In this document: piece by piece, positions 38,232 through 53,100 of the stretch | How the letters are laid out: the number at the start of each line of letters is the position of its first letter | Numbering within the stretch: position 1 is the first letter of the stretch | Source of the DNA: Amphiscolops sp. MND2022 | Taxonomy: Eukaryota | Length of the DNA stretch: 64,000 nt | NCBI GenBank assembly: GCA_964187785.1 | Contig: OZ076409.1 | Coordinates: 37,946,001 to 38,010,000, forward strand | Direction of reading: 5' to 3' | Notes under the pieces: model-generated | Seen by the model: the letters and a program-made list of their open reading frames with translations, nothing else | What the model was told of the DNA's origin: nothing | The model's database searches: none | Position numbers and translations under genes: made by a program

Positions 38232-41200
38232 GACCACCCAGTGGAGGTATTTAGAGCACGACTAGAGGCAGGGGGAGGAGGCCTGAACAAATGGAAGAAG
38301 GACGTTTGTTAGTAAAGTTTGAAATATTTTGTTGTACTTCCTGCTACCTGTTTTGGTTTAAACTGCCATGGAAACAAAGATAAACTTCATCAACACTATG
38401 ATACAGAAATGACAACCCTGAATGCCGTTAAAACAAAAACAGGGTATCCCGAGAATTCCCTTTCAACCAGGCACCGTTCATCTTGATAGATGCTGCGGAA
38501 CTCGAGGCACTGCTGATAGTGTCTTAAGTGACAATAAAATTTTTCTACAAATGAATTTGTCACAATTACTGAAGGATTTGCTGAAATGCTTTGTAATATT
38601 ACGATAGAATGTGTTGGAAATGAGGTTAGTTTTGTTTCAAAAGACTCTGTTCAAATCCAGATGATATGTGAGAAGACGTGAGATGTTGACTAAATTTTTG
38701 AGTTTAGATTGTAATGGAGAAAAAAATTAAAAAACAAAATTTTGCCTTGTAACAATTTTTGAAAACTTTTTGTGCTATACGGAACTAATTTTTTGGTGGA
38801 ACAATTTGCAAACGTACAAAACGTTTACCACGATAATTCACTGCCTGCAAACGATTTTTAATTGACACTCCTTTCCAGTTTTTTTAGCGCTATCATCCCA
38901 CGAAAGAAAGCTTTCAACACAAGATGTAACAAATTGTCATTTGGAGGAGATACGGGGTTTCCTCAAGCTGATAAAGAAGCCAAATGTTAAATTGAGTGGA
39001 CATTCAATGTACAATTAACAAATTTAGACTAAATTGTTTCAGGTCTTTTTTGAAAGACACAAAGAAAAAACGTTGTCTCTGAACTGTATAGTGATAAATA
39101 TATACGAAAAGAACATCTCAGCTAAATACATATTATCAACTACAGAGACCATGGATGGTTAGACAATATTCTTTACAGCTACAACGGAAGACGAGGCAGT
39201 CTTGTTTTTTGTTTTTTGTAGTGATAGCCTTGCCAAGTTGACACAAGGCCAACTTGAAAGGCTATCACAAGATTCATGTATCAGCTGTTTCCTAAAAAAC
39301 ATGGTTCAATCTGAATCTTTAATTACGCAAACGTCATCAATGTGGGAAGGTTGTCAACTCTATGGAGTCTGCAAAGTGCAAGTAGTGAGAGACGTTTCCG
39401 GAATTTGGTTTAGCTACTAAAAAAATGATTCAGTCTTTGCTAATTTATCTTTTAAAGAACATTGCTTGTAAAACATATGGCTCTATTCAGCAGTAACAAA
39501 GGAGTTTGGAACAACGGGAAGAGGGTACACTTTGAAACATGTCCTAAGTTGCATACCCCTCCTGAACTGAACTGCTGATTGATGTTTACAGTGTCAACTT
39601 TTTGATAAAAAGTGCAAAAAATCTAGTGAAAAATTTTTTGTACTATGGTAAGTTTTGTGATACACAATGCTTTATGTACCACGGTTTTCATATAGACCCC
39701 TCTATACACCTCATATTCGCTACACTGATACTATGTTCATCGTAAATGACGAGAAAAAGGTTAGTTTTTCTTGTATTCTGTTTTTATTGTTAAAATGTGT
39801 CTTCGAAATTTTCACTTGAAAGTAGAATTTTTCTTTGCAAAACGTGTTATCGTAGCTCACAAGTCACTGAAGCGTTTGACACCAGTCATATACCTAATTT
39901 TTAGCTTTTTGGAGGCCACCGGTTACGTCAGACACAATAGTGTTGTTCAAAACACGAAAATTCAATTTTCGACCTGACAAAAATTGGGTTTTTCGGAAAT
40001 TTTTTTTTATCTTGAGAACGAATGGGAGAAAAAATCTGTCGGGACCAAGCGTGGTAGTATTAATTATACTTTTTGTAACTGTAAACAAGTTTTCTGCAGC
40101 CCGTGAGCTCGTTGTTGAGCGTTAATACCATAACCAACAAACACCGAATAAAAAAGGTCCAAGGGAATGTGGCAAAAAACGGAACTTTTTGGGAAATATC
40201 TCCTCTAGTGACTACTATTGACATGTCGAACATCTTTGGATTGTTGTTACAAGTCTGGTTTCTACCTTGGTTGATCCTCGGGTATAGTGTTAGACGAAAA
40301 ACAGTCTTAGTGAGACCGCCGACACCAAAAAACTGGTGACACATCGCTAAAAATGCTGAAATTGGAGTCATGCATCTGTAGAGTATGATACTTTTAGGTA
40401 CCCCACACTCTGAAAAATGACCTTTATACTTCTGTAAACATTGTTTTCCTAAATTACAGTGTCAGTGGGTTGGTGTAAAATTCAATAGTTGCTAAAAGAG
40501 CCCATTTTGTCAATTCGACCCCACCAAAAATGTGATGTTGTATCAATTTTTGACGAATTTCATTGTTGAAAAGTAAATATTGTTGCCCATGACTACTCGA
40601 ATTATACTGTATGTGCCTTGTCAAGGCCCAGTTGTATTTTTCAGATGCCAATGAACTAAGAGAAGTGGATAGTTGATGTTTGTGGGCAAAAATTTGCGGT
40701 CCTAAACTCCAAAAAATGATTTGGAAACAAATTTCATCTTGGAATTTAGTTTATCAACGGGGTTTTTGTCACTCAAAATCACAGTATAACCATTGTGAAA
40801 GGTCAATATGTGTTCCAAGTCAGCTGTACACTTTCTTGTGAACAAAACAGACACTAGATTGACTGAAAAAACACTTGAAGCTATTTTTGACTCAACCCAT
40901 ATAACGATATGTAGGTATCATTTTCTGTAATGTAACGTCTAATGGCAGCTGATTTTTTTGAAAACACTCCAAATCCACAGTGAGCACTTTCTTTACGTTA
41001 TTCACGTCCAATGTTATGCAAAAGAACATTTTAGGTGGCTACTGGGCTTTAAAAAGGGTTTTTGGCCACTCGAAATCTTGATTTCGTTGATATAAAAACA
41101 CGGTTCCCAATGTAATATGTAACATAGTGAGCACGAAAAAATTAAATTTTTACAGAATCAACCCACAAGTAAAGTGATACGTTTTTGGGCGTCACCATAG

Positions 41201-43129
41201 CTCACGAATAATTTTCGACCTTATGGATGGAGACCGTACAGACCGTTGTTCGCGAGCAAATAACCTTTTTGTAAGTCCGAGTCGCCTGAAAAAATGATAT
41301 GTAACCCATCTAAGCACTTTTATCACTCCCTGTAGCAACTGGTGAAAACTTTATATCACCATTCAGTGGGTCAGTGGCTCACGTTCACTTTCCAAAAGAT
41401 GACCCATGTTGCTATCTGTACTGTGTCAGGAGATATACATACCCGAAAAGTAGTTACGATGTGACAACATAACTCTCTATAACTCTCGGACTCACCTAAA
41501 AATCCAAATTTTTTCAGATGCACTCTACAAGTGTACTGATGGGTTTTTGGGCGTCACCATAGCACACTGACACTTTTTGAACTTATGGTCGAAGACCGTA
41601 CGGACCGTTGTTGGAGCAGAAATGGGCTTTTTGTAGGTCCGAGTCGTGCAAAAAAATGCTAAATACCACATCTTGGCATATTATTAACGCCATGCACCAC
41701 CTAATAAAAACTTTTTATTACCATTCGAGAGACCAGTGGCCCACGTTCAATTTCGAAAAGATGACCCATTATGCTATCTCTGCTCTGGCAGGAGATATGC
41801 ATACCCGAAATGTTGTTACGATGTGACACCATAACTCTCGGACCCACGTAAAATTTCGAAATTCGTTCAGAAGCTTCCTACAGTTGTTCTGATGGGTTTT
41901 TGGGCGCCATATTGTTACACTGACAATTTTTGATCTTTTCGTTCGAGACCGTTAAGACCGTTCCTGTGGAGCAAATCACCATTTTGTAACTCCGAGTCGA
42001 CTTAAAAAATTGAAAATACCACTTCTTGGAATTTTTTTCTCACACAATGGCAACTAGGCTATGTTTTTTGCTTTCAATCGTTAGACCGCTGCCCAATGTT
42101 CATTTTGATAAAGATGACCCACGCTGCTATCTGTACTCGGTCATGAGAAACATCATCATGAAATGTTCATACAACGTATGAGATCAACTCGGACCGTGAC
42201 TCAAAAAACTTAATTTTTTTCAGAGGCCCCCCAGAGGTTCACCATTGTCATTTTCAATGTCGCTATAGCTCACTGACATTTTTTGACCTTATTGTCGGAG
42301 ACCGTGCGGACCGTTGATGGCGAGGAATTCACATGTTTGTAAAAATGAGCTGATTTGCAAAAACTCATTCCTCACTATAAGGCATTTTTTGGCACCACCA
42401 TTGCCCCAGGCCTACTTTGCGATAGTACCGTGGGTAGACCCCAACCCCCTAATAATTTTCATAAATATGACCTCCGCTGCTACTGGTGCTGCGTGGTGAG
42501 TATTTGAACGAAGTGTACATAATAAAAAATTTCATCTCAGCTCATCATGCCATACACCCCAAAAAATCGACTTTTTTATTATGATCCCCCCAGCTGTAAA
42601 AATTATATTTTTGAATCCCTCAAATAGAGCTGACAATTTTTGACCTTATGGTCCGACACCGTTCAGACCGTTTAACGTGCTCAAAATGGCCTATAAGCCC
42701 GGGTGATACTGGTGATATATCACATTTTGGCATTTTTTGGCACTTTGAGTGCCCTGAGCGGCACTTTTTTGGCACTATCAATTGACGCGCCACATTTCAC
42801 AACTTTTTGTTAGTATGCACCATTGGGCTAGCGTGCACCGTGTAAAAGTTATTAAAGAAAAACGTTATATCCGAACAAAAATTCGTTATATCCGAACTTT
42901 TGTCAAAAAAACCATGAAGATGAATTTTCCGGGAAAAGTGTCAGCAGGAAAAAGTTCTTAGATTTGCTCGAGGATGTTGTGTGCAAATTTTCAGCGAAAT
43001 CTCACGGCTCATTTAAAAGATAGCTTTCCCAGTGGCAAATCCCGGGTTGTTGAAAAAGATATCTTATATACTGAGCTCGCTTACGGGTCCCTCCCCGAGC
43101 TCGCACAATTTTGCAGGGGGACAGCCCGT
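38232..43129 (+). mobile_element. Long unit, family L subtype 1 (4898 bp)
   Basis: Head ggaggtatttagagcacgactagagg. Five GACCGT-doublet subrepeats. Tail ...gcagggggacagcccgt. Confidence 0.6.
41170..42680 (+). repeat. Diverged ~355-bp internal subrepeats of the long units (representative)
   Basis: The motif tttttgggcgtcaccatagc..gaccttatggtc..AGACCGTNNRGACCGTT recurs at 41231, 41593, 41946, 42299 and 42656. Confidence 0.9.
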
Positions 43130-44199
43130 GACCACCTAGCGATGGAGCGATTTAGAGCACTGCTAGTAAAAGGCCTTAACTTAACAGCGCAACCTTTGCT
43201 AATGGAGTATGAAAAAGAAATATTGAGGCTAGCAATTTTTTGTAAGTTATTCTGGGATTGAACGATAAATATCATCACCCTGACGAGTGAATGTCTATGG
43301 TGACTGCCGTCAACTTAACTCAAGGGATTTTGTGGTTTTTTGCTTTCTAAGCAAGCACCGTTGTTCCTGCGAGATGCTGCGCAACTCTCGGAACACCGGT
43401 GACAATAAATTTTGCTGAACGATTTGCAATAACCTAATCATCACTTTGAGGCATTTTTTGGCACAACTTATGCCCTAGGGCTGTTTTGCTCGATACAGAG
43501 GGTAAACCCCAGCCCCATAATCAGTTTCAAGTTTGCTGCAGCTGCTTCCTGTGCTGCATCATATCCAACTGAAAGTGATACAATTATTTCTCATCCAATC
43601 ACTCATAATGACATATACCCCAAAAAATCAACTTTTTTCTGATGTCTCCTACAGGTGAACGAATTACATTTTTGGAACCCCCATTGGATGCTGACAATTT
43701 TTGACCTTATTGTCCGAGACCGTGCGGACCGTTCCGGCTGCTCAAATCATCAATTTGATCAAAGTGATTCAGTCAAAAAAATAATTTTGGCACTCTTCGG
43801 CACTTTGGTTTCCCCCGGGGGGAAATTTTTTCGGACCGTTCGAAAGACCGTTGACCGTTGATGATTTTCATAAAAGTGCACTTTGCCGCTACGGGCTTTC
43901 CTTCATGGTGAAAATGGCCTTTGATTTGGTCATTGATTAATCAAAGATGAAAAAAGATGAAAAAAACCAAAAAAACCCAAAAAAACCCTACAAAATGAAT
44001 TTTCCTGGAAAAACGTCAGCAGAAAAAAATTCTTAAATTTTTGAGATAAAGCCACATGCAAAGTTTCAGACAAATCCTACGGGTGAATTTCGAGATCGGT
44101 TAAAATACTTCGCAATCCTGAAGGTAGGAATTGATAGAATGTGCTCGGCTCTCGGGACCCTCCCCGGCCTCGCAATATTTTCTGATGGGCATCCCCCTT
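43130..44199 (+). mobile_element. Single short D unit between two long units (1070 bp)
   Basis: D head and tail, flanked by GACCACC cores. Confidence 0.6.
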
Positions 44200-47100
44200 G
44201 ACCACCCAGTGGAGGTAATTAGAGCACGACTAGAGGGGCGGGGGAAGCCTAAGCATATGGAAGAAGGAGGTTTGATACTAAAGATTGAAATACTTTGTTG
44301 TACTTCCTGCTACCTGTTTTAGTTTGTCATGGGAACAAAGATAAACTTCATCATCACTATGATACAGAATTGACAACGGTGAAGGCCGTTAAAACAAAAA
44401 TAGGGTATCCCGAGAAGTCCCTTTCAACCAGGCACCGTTCATCCTGAGATATGCTGCAAACCTCGAAGCACCGCTGATAATGACATCAGTGACAATGAAA
44501 TTTTGCTACATATAAATTTGTCGCAATTACTCAACAATGTGTTGAAATCCTTAGTAATATTTGGATAGAAAGTGGCGGTAAATGAGGTGGTTACGATTGG
44601 ATGCAAACTCTTCAGTGAAACTCAGATGACATTCGAGAAGACATAACAATGTTCAATCACCATTTGAAAGTACATTGCAAACGAACAAAAAATTATAAAA
44701 ATGTTGCTTTGTAACAACTTTTGATGACTTTTTGTGTTATGCGGAACAATTATTTTTGGGTAAACAAGTTTTAAAGGAACAAAACGTTTACCACTATGAT
44801 TGCTGACTTTAAAAGATTCTAAATTCTGACACTTTACTCGGGTTTTTGGCTCTATGTTACGAATAAAGGAAGCTTTCAATGGAAAATGTAAGCTATTGTC
44901 AGGTGGAGGAGATAAAGGGGTTCCCGATGCGATTATAAGAAATGGAAATGTCCTTTATCAGGACGTTCCAAGTAAAATTCATTAATTTTCAGTAGTTTGT
45001 TTGCGGTATTTTTCGAAAGACAAAAAAATGTAGTCTTAGTGAAGTTTATGGTGATAATCATATACGGAAAGAACTTGTAACCTAATTAACATTTATCAAC
45101 TGAAGACTGGATTAAAGGCTGAACAATATGGTCTACAGCTAAAGTGAAAGAAGAGAAATTCTTGCTTTTTGTTGTTTGTAGTGATAGCCTTCCCAAGTTG
45201 ACACAAGGCCAACTTGAAAGGCTATCACAAGATTCAGTTATCAGCTGCTTCCAAAAATACATGGTCCAATATCAAGCGTAATATAAGAAAAACGTCATCA
45301 ATGTGAGTAGGTTTTCAAATCTATACAATCTGAGAAATTCAAGTCCTGAGAGTCTTATCGGCAATTTGGTTAGCTATCATATAGATGAATGAGTTTTTGC
45401 TAATACATCTATTAATGAATATTACGTTTTGAAAATAGTCTGACTATATTCAGCTGTAACAAAGGAGTTTGGAACAACGGAAAGATCGAGCTCATTGACA
45501 CATATCCAGACTTGACTAATTTTACTAAATTGAAGTGCTGATTGATGTTTTAAATGTTAACTTTTTGATATAAATGGCAAAAATTTTAGTGAAAATATTT
45601 TAGTAATATGGTAAGTTTTGTGTTACTCAATGCTTTATGCACCACAGTTTTCATATACACCCCTCTATAGACGTCATATTCGCAAGACTGATGCTATATT
45701 AATAGTCGTTGACGGGAAACAAATAAGTTTTTCAATTATTCACTTTTTATTGTAAAAATGAGTCTTCGAAATTTTGACTTCAAAGAAGAATTTTTCTTTG
45801 CGAAACGTGTTATCGCGGCTCACATGTCACTCAAACATTTGATACCAGTCATACTTTGGTTTTTGAGTATTTTGGGGGCCAAAGGTTACGTCAGACAGAA
45901 AAATGTTCAAAAGACAAAAATTTAAATTTCGACCTGTCAAAAATTGGGTGTTAGGGGAAAAATTTTTACATCTTAAGAACGAACACGGTGGAAAATGGGT
46001 CAAGAACGAGGAAACAGGTATTGTAAACACTTTTAATAACGGTAATCAACTTGTTTGCTGTCAGTGAGTTTGTTGTTGGGCGTTAATACCTTAACTGACA
46101 AGCACCGAATAAAAATGGTGGAATGGAATTTGACATATAACAAGAATTTTTGGATAATATCTCCTCTCATCACTACTTTTGACATGTCGAAACTCCTTGT
46201 ATTGTTTTTACAAGTCTGGTATCCACTTTGATTGATCCTCAGGTTTCATGTTTGACCAAAACAAGTGTTAGTAGGACCGCCGATACCGAAAAAGTGGTGA
46301 CACATCCGGAAAAATGACGAGTTTGAAGTAATATGTCTATTCAGTATGATATTTTTAGGTACGTCAGAATCTCAAAAAGTACCTTGAAACTACTGTAAGC
46401 ATCATTTTCCTAAATTAAAATGCCCGTGGGTTGCACTAGTAGCCAATAGGTGCTGCTGAAGCTCCATTTTGTCATTTCGAGTCCACCAAAAATGTGATGT
46501 TGTATCAGTTTTCGACGAAATTTGCTATCGATTAGTAAATATTGTTGCCCATGACTACTCGAATTCAAGTCCATGTGCCTTGTCAACGCCCAGTTGTATT
46601 TTTCACATGCCACTCAACTAAAAGAAATGGGTAGTTGATTTATTTGGGCAAAAATGTGCGGTCCTAGACTCCAAATAATGATTTGGAAACAAATATTATC
46701 TTGGAATTTTGTTACGCAAGAGGGTTTTTGTCACTCAAAATCTCAATATAACCATTGTGAAAGGTCAATATGTGTTCCATGTCAGCTGTACACTTTGTTG
46801 TGAACAAAACAGAGTCTTGATTGACTGAAAAAGCAGTTTAGTTGTTTTTGACTCAATCCATATATCGATATGTAAGGTATCATTTTCTTTAATGTAACGT
46901 CTAATGGAAGCTGATTTTTTTGAAATGACTCCAAACCCACAGTGAGCACTTTCTTTACGTTATTCACATCCTATGTTATGCAAAAGAACATTTTACGTGG
47001 CTACTGGGCTTTAAAAAAGGTTTTTGGGCACTCAAAATCATGATTTCGGTGATACAAATACCCAGTTTCCAATGTAATATGTAACATATTGAGCACTACA

Positions 47101-50100
47101 AAATAAAATTTTTACAGAAGCATCCCACAAGTAAACTGATACATTTTTGGGCGTCACCATAGCTCACGAAAAAATTTTGACCTCATGGAAGGAGACCGTA
47201 CAGACCGTTGTTCGCGAGCAAACGACCTTTTTGTAAGTCCGAGTCGCCTGAAAAAATGCTATGTAACCCATGTAAGCACTTTTATCACTACCTGTAGCAA
47301 CTGGTGAAAATTTTTTATCACCATTCGGTAGGCCAGTGGGCCACGTTTACTTTCCAAAAGATGACCCATGTTGCTATCTGTACTCCTTCAGGAGATATAC
47401 ATACCCGAAATGTAGTTACGATGTGACAACATAACTCTCAGAACCTCTCGGACTCACCTAAAAATACCAAATTTTTTCAGAAGCACTCTACAAGTGTACT
47501 GATGGGTTTTTGGGCGTCACCATAGGACACTGTCACTTTTTGACCTTATGGTCGAAGACCGTACGGACCGTTGGTGGAGCAGAAATGGGCCTTTTGTAGG
47601 TCCGAGTCGTTCAAAAAAATGCTAAAAACCCCATATAGGCATATTATTCACGCCGTGCAGCAGTGACTGAAAACCTTTTTTGACCAATCGATAGACCAGT
47701 GGCCCACGTTCATTTTCAAAAAGGTGACCCATGTTGGTGTCTGTACTCTGGCATGAGATATGCAAACCCAAAATGTTGTTACGATGTGACACCATAACTC
47801 TCTGACCCACATAAAATTTCGAAATTCGTTCAGAACCTACATACACGTGTTCTGATGTGTTTTTGGGCGCCACCATGTCAAATTGACGAAATTTGAACTT
47901 AAGGTCGGAGACCGTGCAGACCGTTTCTGAAGAGAAAATCACCATTTTGTGACTCCGAGTCGACATGAAAATTAGAAAAAACCACTTCTTGGAATTTTTT
48001 TCTTTCACAATGGTAACTAGGCTATGTTTTTTGCACTCAATCGTTAGACCACTGGCCAATGTTCATTTTCATAAAGATGACCCACGGTGCTATGTGTACT
48101 CGGTTATGAGTAACATGATTATGAAATGTTCATACGACGTATACCATCAACTCGGACCGCGACTCAAAAAATTATTTTTTTTTCAGAGGCCCCCCAGAGT
48201 TTATCCAATGTCATTTTTCATGTCACCTTAGCTCACTGACAATTTTTGGTTATATTGTTGGAGACCGTGCGGACCGTTGTTGACGAGGAATTCAAATGTT
48301 TCGGAAAATGAGCTGATTTTCAAAAAATCATTCCTCACTATAAGGCATTTTTTGGCACAATCATTGCTCCAGACATACTTTGCGGTAGTACCATGGAGAC
48401 ACCCCAGCCCCTGATCTTTTTCATATATATGACTTACGCTGCTACTGGTGCTGCGTGTTGAGCAATTGAATGAAAAGTACTGTATAAAAAATTTCATCAT
48501 TGCTCATCATGCCATACACCCCAAAAAATCGACTTTTTTATTACGACCACTACAGGTGTATAAATTATATTTTTGAAACCCTCAATGAATGCTAAAAATT
48601 TTTTACTTTATGGTCCGAGACCGTTCGGACCGTTTAACGTGCTTAAAATGACCTATAAGTACAGGTGATACTGGTGATACTTTACATTTTGGCATTTTTT
48701 GGCACTTTTAGTGCCACCAGCGGCACTTTTTTGGCACTATCATTTGACGCGCCACATTTCACAACTTTTTGTTAGTATGCCCATTTGGGCTAGCGTGCAC
48801 CGTGTAAAAGTTATTAAAGAAAAACGTTATATCCGAACAAAAATTCGTTATATCCGAACTTTTGTCAAAAACACCATGAAGGACAAATTTGCGGGGAAAA
48901 CGTCAGCAGAAAAAAGTTCTTAGAATTGGGAGAAATGGCCGTATGCAAATTTTCAAGGAATTCTCACGGCTCATTTTAAAAATAACCTTCCCACGCGTAG
49001 GTGTCGGGTAGTATATAGAGATCCTTATATAACGCGCTCGGTCCCGGGTCCCTCCCCGGCCTCGCACATTATTGCAGTGGGACAACACGTGACCACCCAG
49101 CGGAGGTAATTAGAGCACGACTAGAGGGGAAAAGGCCTAAACATAAGAAGGGTGAAACGTGTGGTACTGAAGATTGAAATGTTTTGTTGTACTTCCTGCT
49201 TCCTTCTTGGTTCAATTTGTCAGGGAACCATTGATAAACTTGATAGTAACCATGATACAGAATTGACAACGGTGAATGCCGTTGATACTAGATAAGGTAT
49301 CCTGAGATTTACGCGAAGTAATTTCAAGCAGGCACCTTTGAATCTGCAAGATGCTGAGAACCTCGAAGCACCGCTGATAATGACATCAGTGACAATGAAA
49401 TTTTGCTACATATAAATTTGTCGCAATTACTCAACAATGTGTTGAAATCCTTAGTAATATTTGGATAGAAAGTGGCGGTAAATGAGGTGGTTACGATTGG
49501 ATGCAAACTCTTCAGTGAAGCTCAGATGTCATTCGAGAAGACATAACAATGTTCAATGACCATTTGAAAGTACATTGCAAACGAACAAAAAATTATAAAA
49601 ATGTTGCTTTGTAACAACTTTTGATGACTTTTTGTGTTATGCGGAACAATTATTTTGGGTAAACAAGTTTTAATGGAACAAAACGTTCACCACTATGATT
49701 GCTGACTTTAAAAGATTCTACATTCTGACACTTTACTCGGGTTTTTGGCTCTATGTTACGAATAAAGGAAGCTTTCAATGGAAAATGTAAGCTATTGTCA
49801 GGTGGAGGAGATAAAGGGGTTCCCGATGCGACTATAAGGAATGGAAATGTCCTTTATCAGGACGTTCCAAGTAAAATTCATTAATTTTCAGTAGTTTGTT
49901 TGCGGTATTTTTCGAAAGACAAAGAAAAAATGTAGTCTTTGTGAAGTTTATGGTGATAATCATATACGGAAACAACTTGTAACCTAATTAACATTTATCA
50001 ACTGAAGACTGGATTAAAGGCTGAACAATATGGTCTACAGCTAAAGTGAAAAAATAGAAATTCTTGCTTTTTGTTGTTTGTAGTGATAGCCTTCCCAAGT

Positions 50101-53100
50101 TGACACAAGGCCAACTTGAAAGGCTATCACAAGATTCAGTTATCAGCTGCTTCCAAAAATACATGGTCCAATATCAAGCGTAATATAAGAAAAACGTCAT
50201 CAATGTGAGTAGGTTTTAAAATCTATACAATCTGAGAAATTCAAGTCCTGAGAGTCTTATCGGCAATTTGGTTAGCTATCATATAGATGAATGTGTATTT
50301 GCTAATACATCTACTAATGAATATTACGTTTTGAAAATAGTCTGACTATATTCAGCTGTAACAAAGGAGTTTGGAACAACGGAAAGATCGAGCTCATTGA
50401 CACATATCCAGACTTGACTAATTTTACTAAATTGAAGTGCTGATTGATGTTTTATATGTTAACTTTTTGATATAAATGGCAAAAATTTTAGTGAAAATAT
50501 TTTAGTAATATGGTAAGTTTTGTGTTACTCAATGCTTTATGCACCACAGTTTTCATATACACCCCTCTATGGACGTCATATTCGCAAGACTGATGCTATA
50601 TTAATAGTCGTTGACTGGAAACAAATAAGTTTTTCAATTATTCACTTTTTATTGTGAAAATGAGTCTTCGAAATTTTGACTTCGAAGAAGAATTTTTCTT
50701 TGCGAAACGTGTTATCGCGGCTCACATGTCACTCAAACATTTGATACCAGTCATACTTTGGTTTTTGAGTATTTTGGGGGCCACAGGTTACGTCAGACAC
50801 AAAAATGTTGTTCAAAAGACAAAAATTCGAATTTCGACCTGTCAAAAATTGGGTGTTAGGGGAAAAATTTTTACATGTTAAGAACGAACACGGTGGAAAA
50901 TGTGTCAAGAACGAGGAAACAGGTATTGTAAACACTTTTAATAACGGTAATCAACTTGTTTGCTGTCAGTGAGGTTGTTGTTGGGCGTTAATACCTTAAC
51001 TGACAAGCACCGAATAAAAATGGTGGAATGGAATATGACATATAACAAGAATTTTTGGATAATATCTCCTCTCATCACTACTTTTGACATGTCGAAAGTC
51101 CTTGCATTGTTTTTACAAGTCTGGTATGTACCTTGGGCGATCCTCAGGCTTAGTGCTAGACCAAAAACAGTGTTAGTAAAACCGCCGATACCGAAAAAGT
51201 GGTGACACATCCGGAAAAATGACGAGTTTGAAGTAATATGTCTATTCAGTATGATATTTTTAGGTACGTCAGAATCTCAAAAAGTACCTTGAAACTACTG
51301 TAAGCATCATTTTCCTAAATTAAAATGCCCGTGGGTTGCACTAGTAGCCAATAGGTGCTGCTGAAGCTCCATTTTGTCAATTCGAGTCCACCAAAAATGT
51401 GATGTTGTATCAGTTTTCGATGAAATTTGCTATCGATTAGTAAATATTGTTGCCCATGACTACTCGAATTCAAGTCCATGTGCCTTGTCAACGCCCAGTT
51501 GTATTTTTCACATGCCACTTAACTAAAAGAAATGGGTAGTTGATTTATTTGGGCAAAAATGTGCGGTCCTATACTCCAAATAATGATTTGGAAACAAATA
51601 TTATCTTGGAATTTTGTTACGCAAGGGGGTTTTTGTCACTCAAAATCTCAATATAACCATTGTGAAAGGTCAATATGTGTTCCATGTCAGCTGTACACTT
51701 TGTTGTGAACAAAACAGAGTCTTGATTGACTGAAAAAGCAGTTTAGCTATTTTTGACTCAATCCATATATCGATATGTAAGGTATCATTTTCTGTAATGT
51801 AACGTCTAATGGAGGCTGATTTTTTTGAAATGACTCCAAACCCACAGTGAGCACTTTCTTTACGTTATTCACATCCTATGTTATGCAGAAGAACATTTTA
51901 CGTGGCTACTGGGCTTTAAAAACGGTTTTTGGGCACTCAAAATCATGATTTCGGTGATACAAATACCCAGTTTCCAATGTAATATGTAACATATTGAGCA
52001 GTACAAAATAAAATTTTTACAGAATCATCCCACAAGTAAACTGATACATTTTTGGGCATCACCATAGCTCACGAAAAATTTTTGACCTCATGTAAGGAGA
52101 CCGTTCAGACCGTTGTTCGCGAGCAAACGACCTTTTTGTAAGTCCGAGTCGCCGGAAAAAATGCTATGTAACCCATGTAAGCACTTTTATCACTACCTGT
52201 AGCAACTGGTGAAAACTTTTCATCACCATTCGGTAGGCCAGTGGGCCACGTTTACTTTCCAAAAGATGACCCATGTTGCTATCTGTACTCTTTCAGGAGA
52301 TATACATACCCGAAATGTAGTTACGATGTGACAACATAACTCTCAAAACCTCTCGGACTCACCTAAAAATACCAAATTTTTTCAGAAGCACTCTACAAGT
52401 GTACTGATGGGTTTTTCGGCGTCACCATAGGACACTGTCACTTTTTGACCTTATGGTCGAAGACCGTACGGACCGTTGGTGGAGCAGAAATGGGCCTTTT
52501 GTAGGTGCGAGTCGTGCAAAAAAATGCTAAAAACCCATATAGGCATATTATTCACGCCGTGCAGCAGTGACTGAAAATTTTTTATGACCAATCGATAGAC
52601 CAGTGGCCCACGTTCATTTTCAAAAAGGTGACCCATGATGGTGTCTGTACTCTGGCATGAGATATGCATACCCGAAATGTTGTTACGATGTGACACCATA
52701 ACTCTCTGACCCACGAAAAATTTCGAAATTCGTTCAGAACCTACATACACGTGTTCTGATGTGTTTTTGGGCGCCACCATGTCACATTGACGAAATTTGA
52801 ACTTATGGTCCGAGACCGTGCAGACCGTTTCTGAAGAGAAAATCACCGTTTTGTGACTCCGAGTCGACATGAAAATTTGAAAATACCACTTCTTGGAATA
52901 TTTTTCTTTCACAATGGCAACTAGGCTATGTTTTTTGCACTCAATCGTTAGACCACTGGCCAATGTTCATTTTCATAAAAATGACCCACGGTGCTATGTG
53001 TACTCGGTTATGAGTAACATGATTATGAAATGTTCATACGACGTATACCATCAACTCGGACCGCGACTCAAAAAATTAATTTTTTGTCAGAGGCCCTCCA

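Noticed and set aside
52451..52963. Longest ORF (170 aa, minus strand) and its 145-aa counterpart at 47622-48059
   Set aside because: It lies in the ~355-bp subrepeats and is split by stops in the other long units, so it is most likely a chance open frame.
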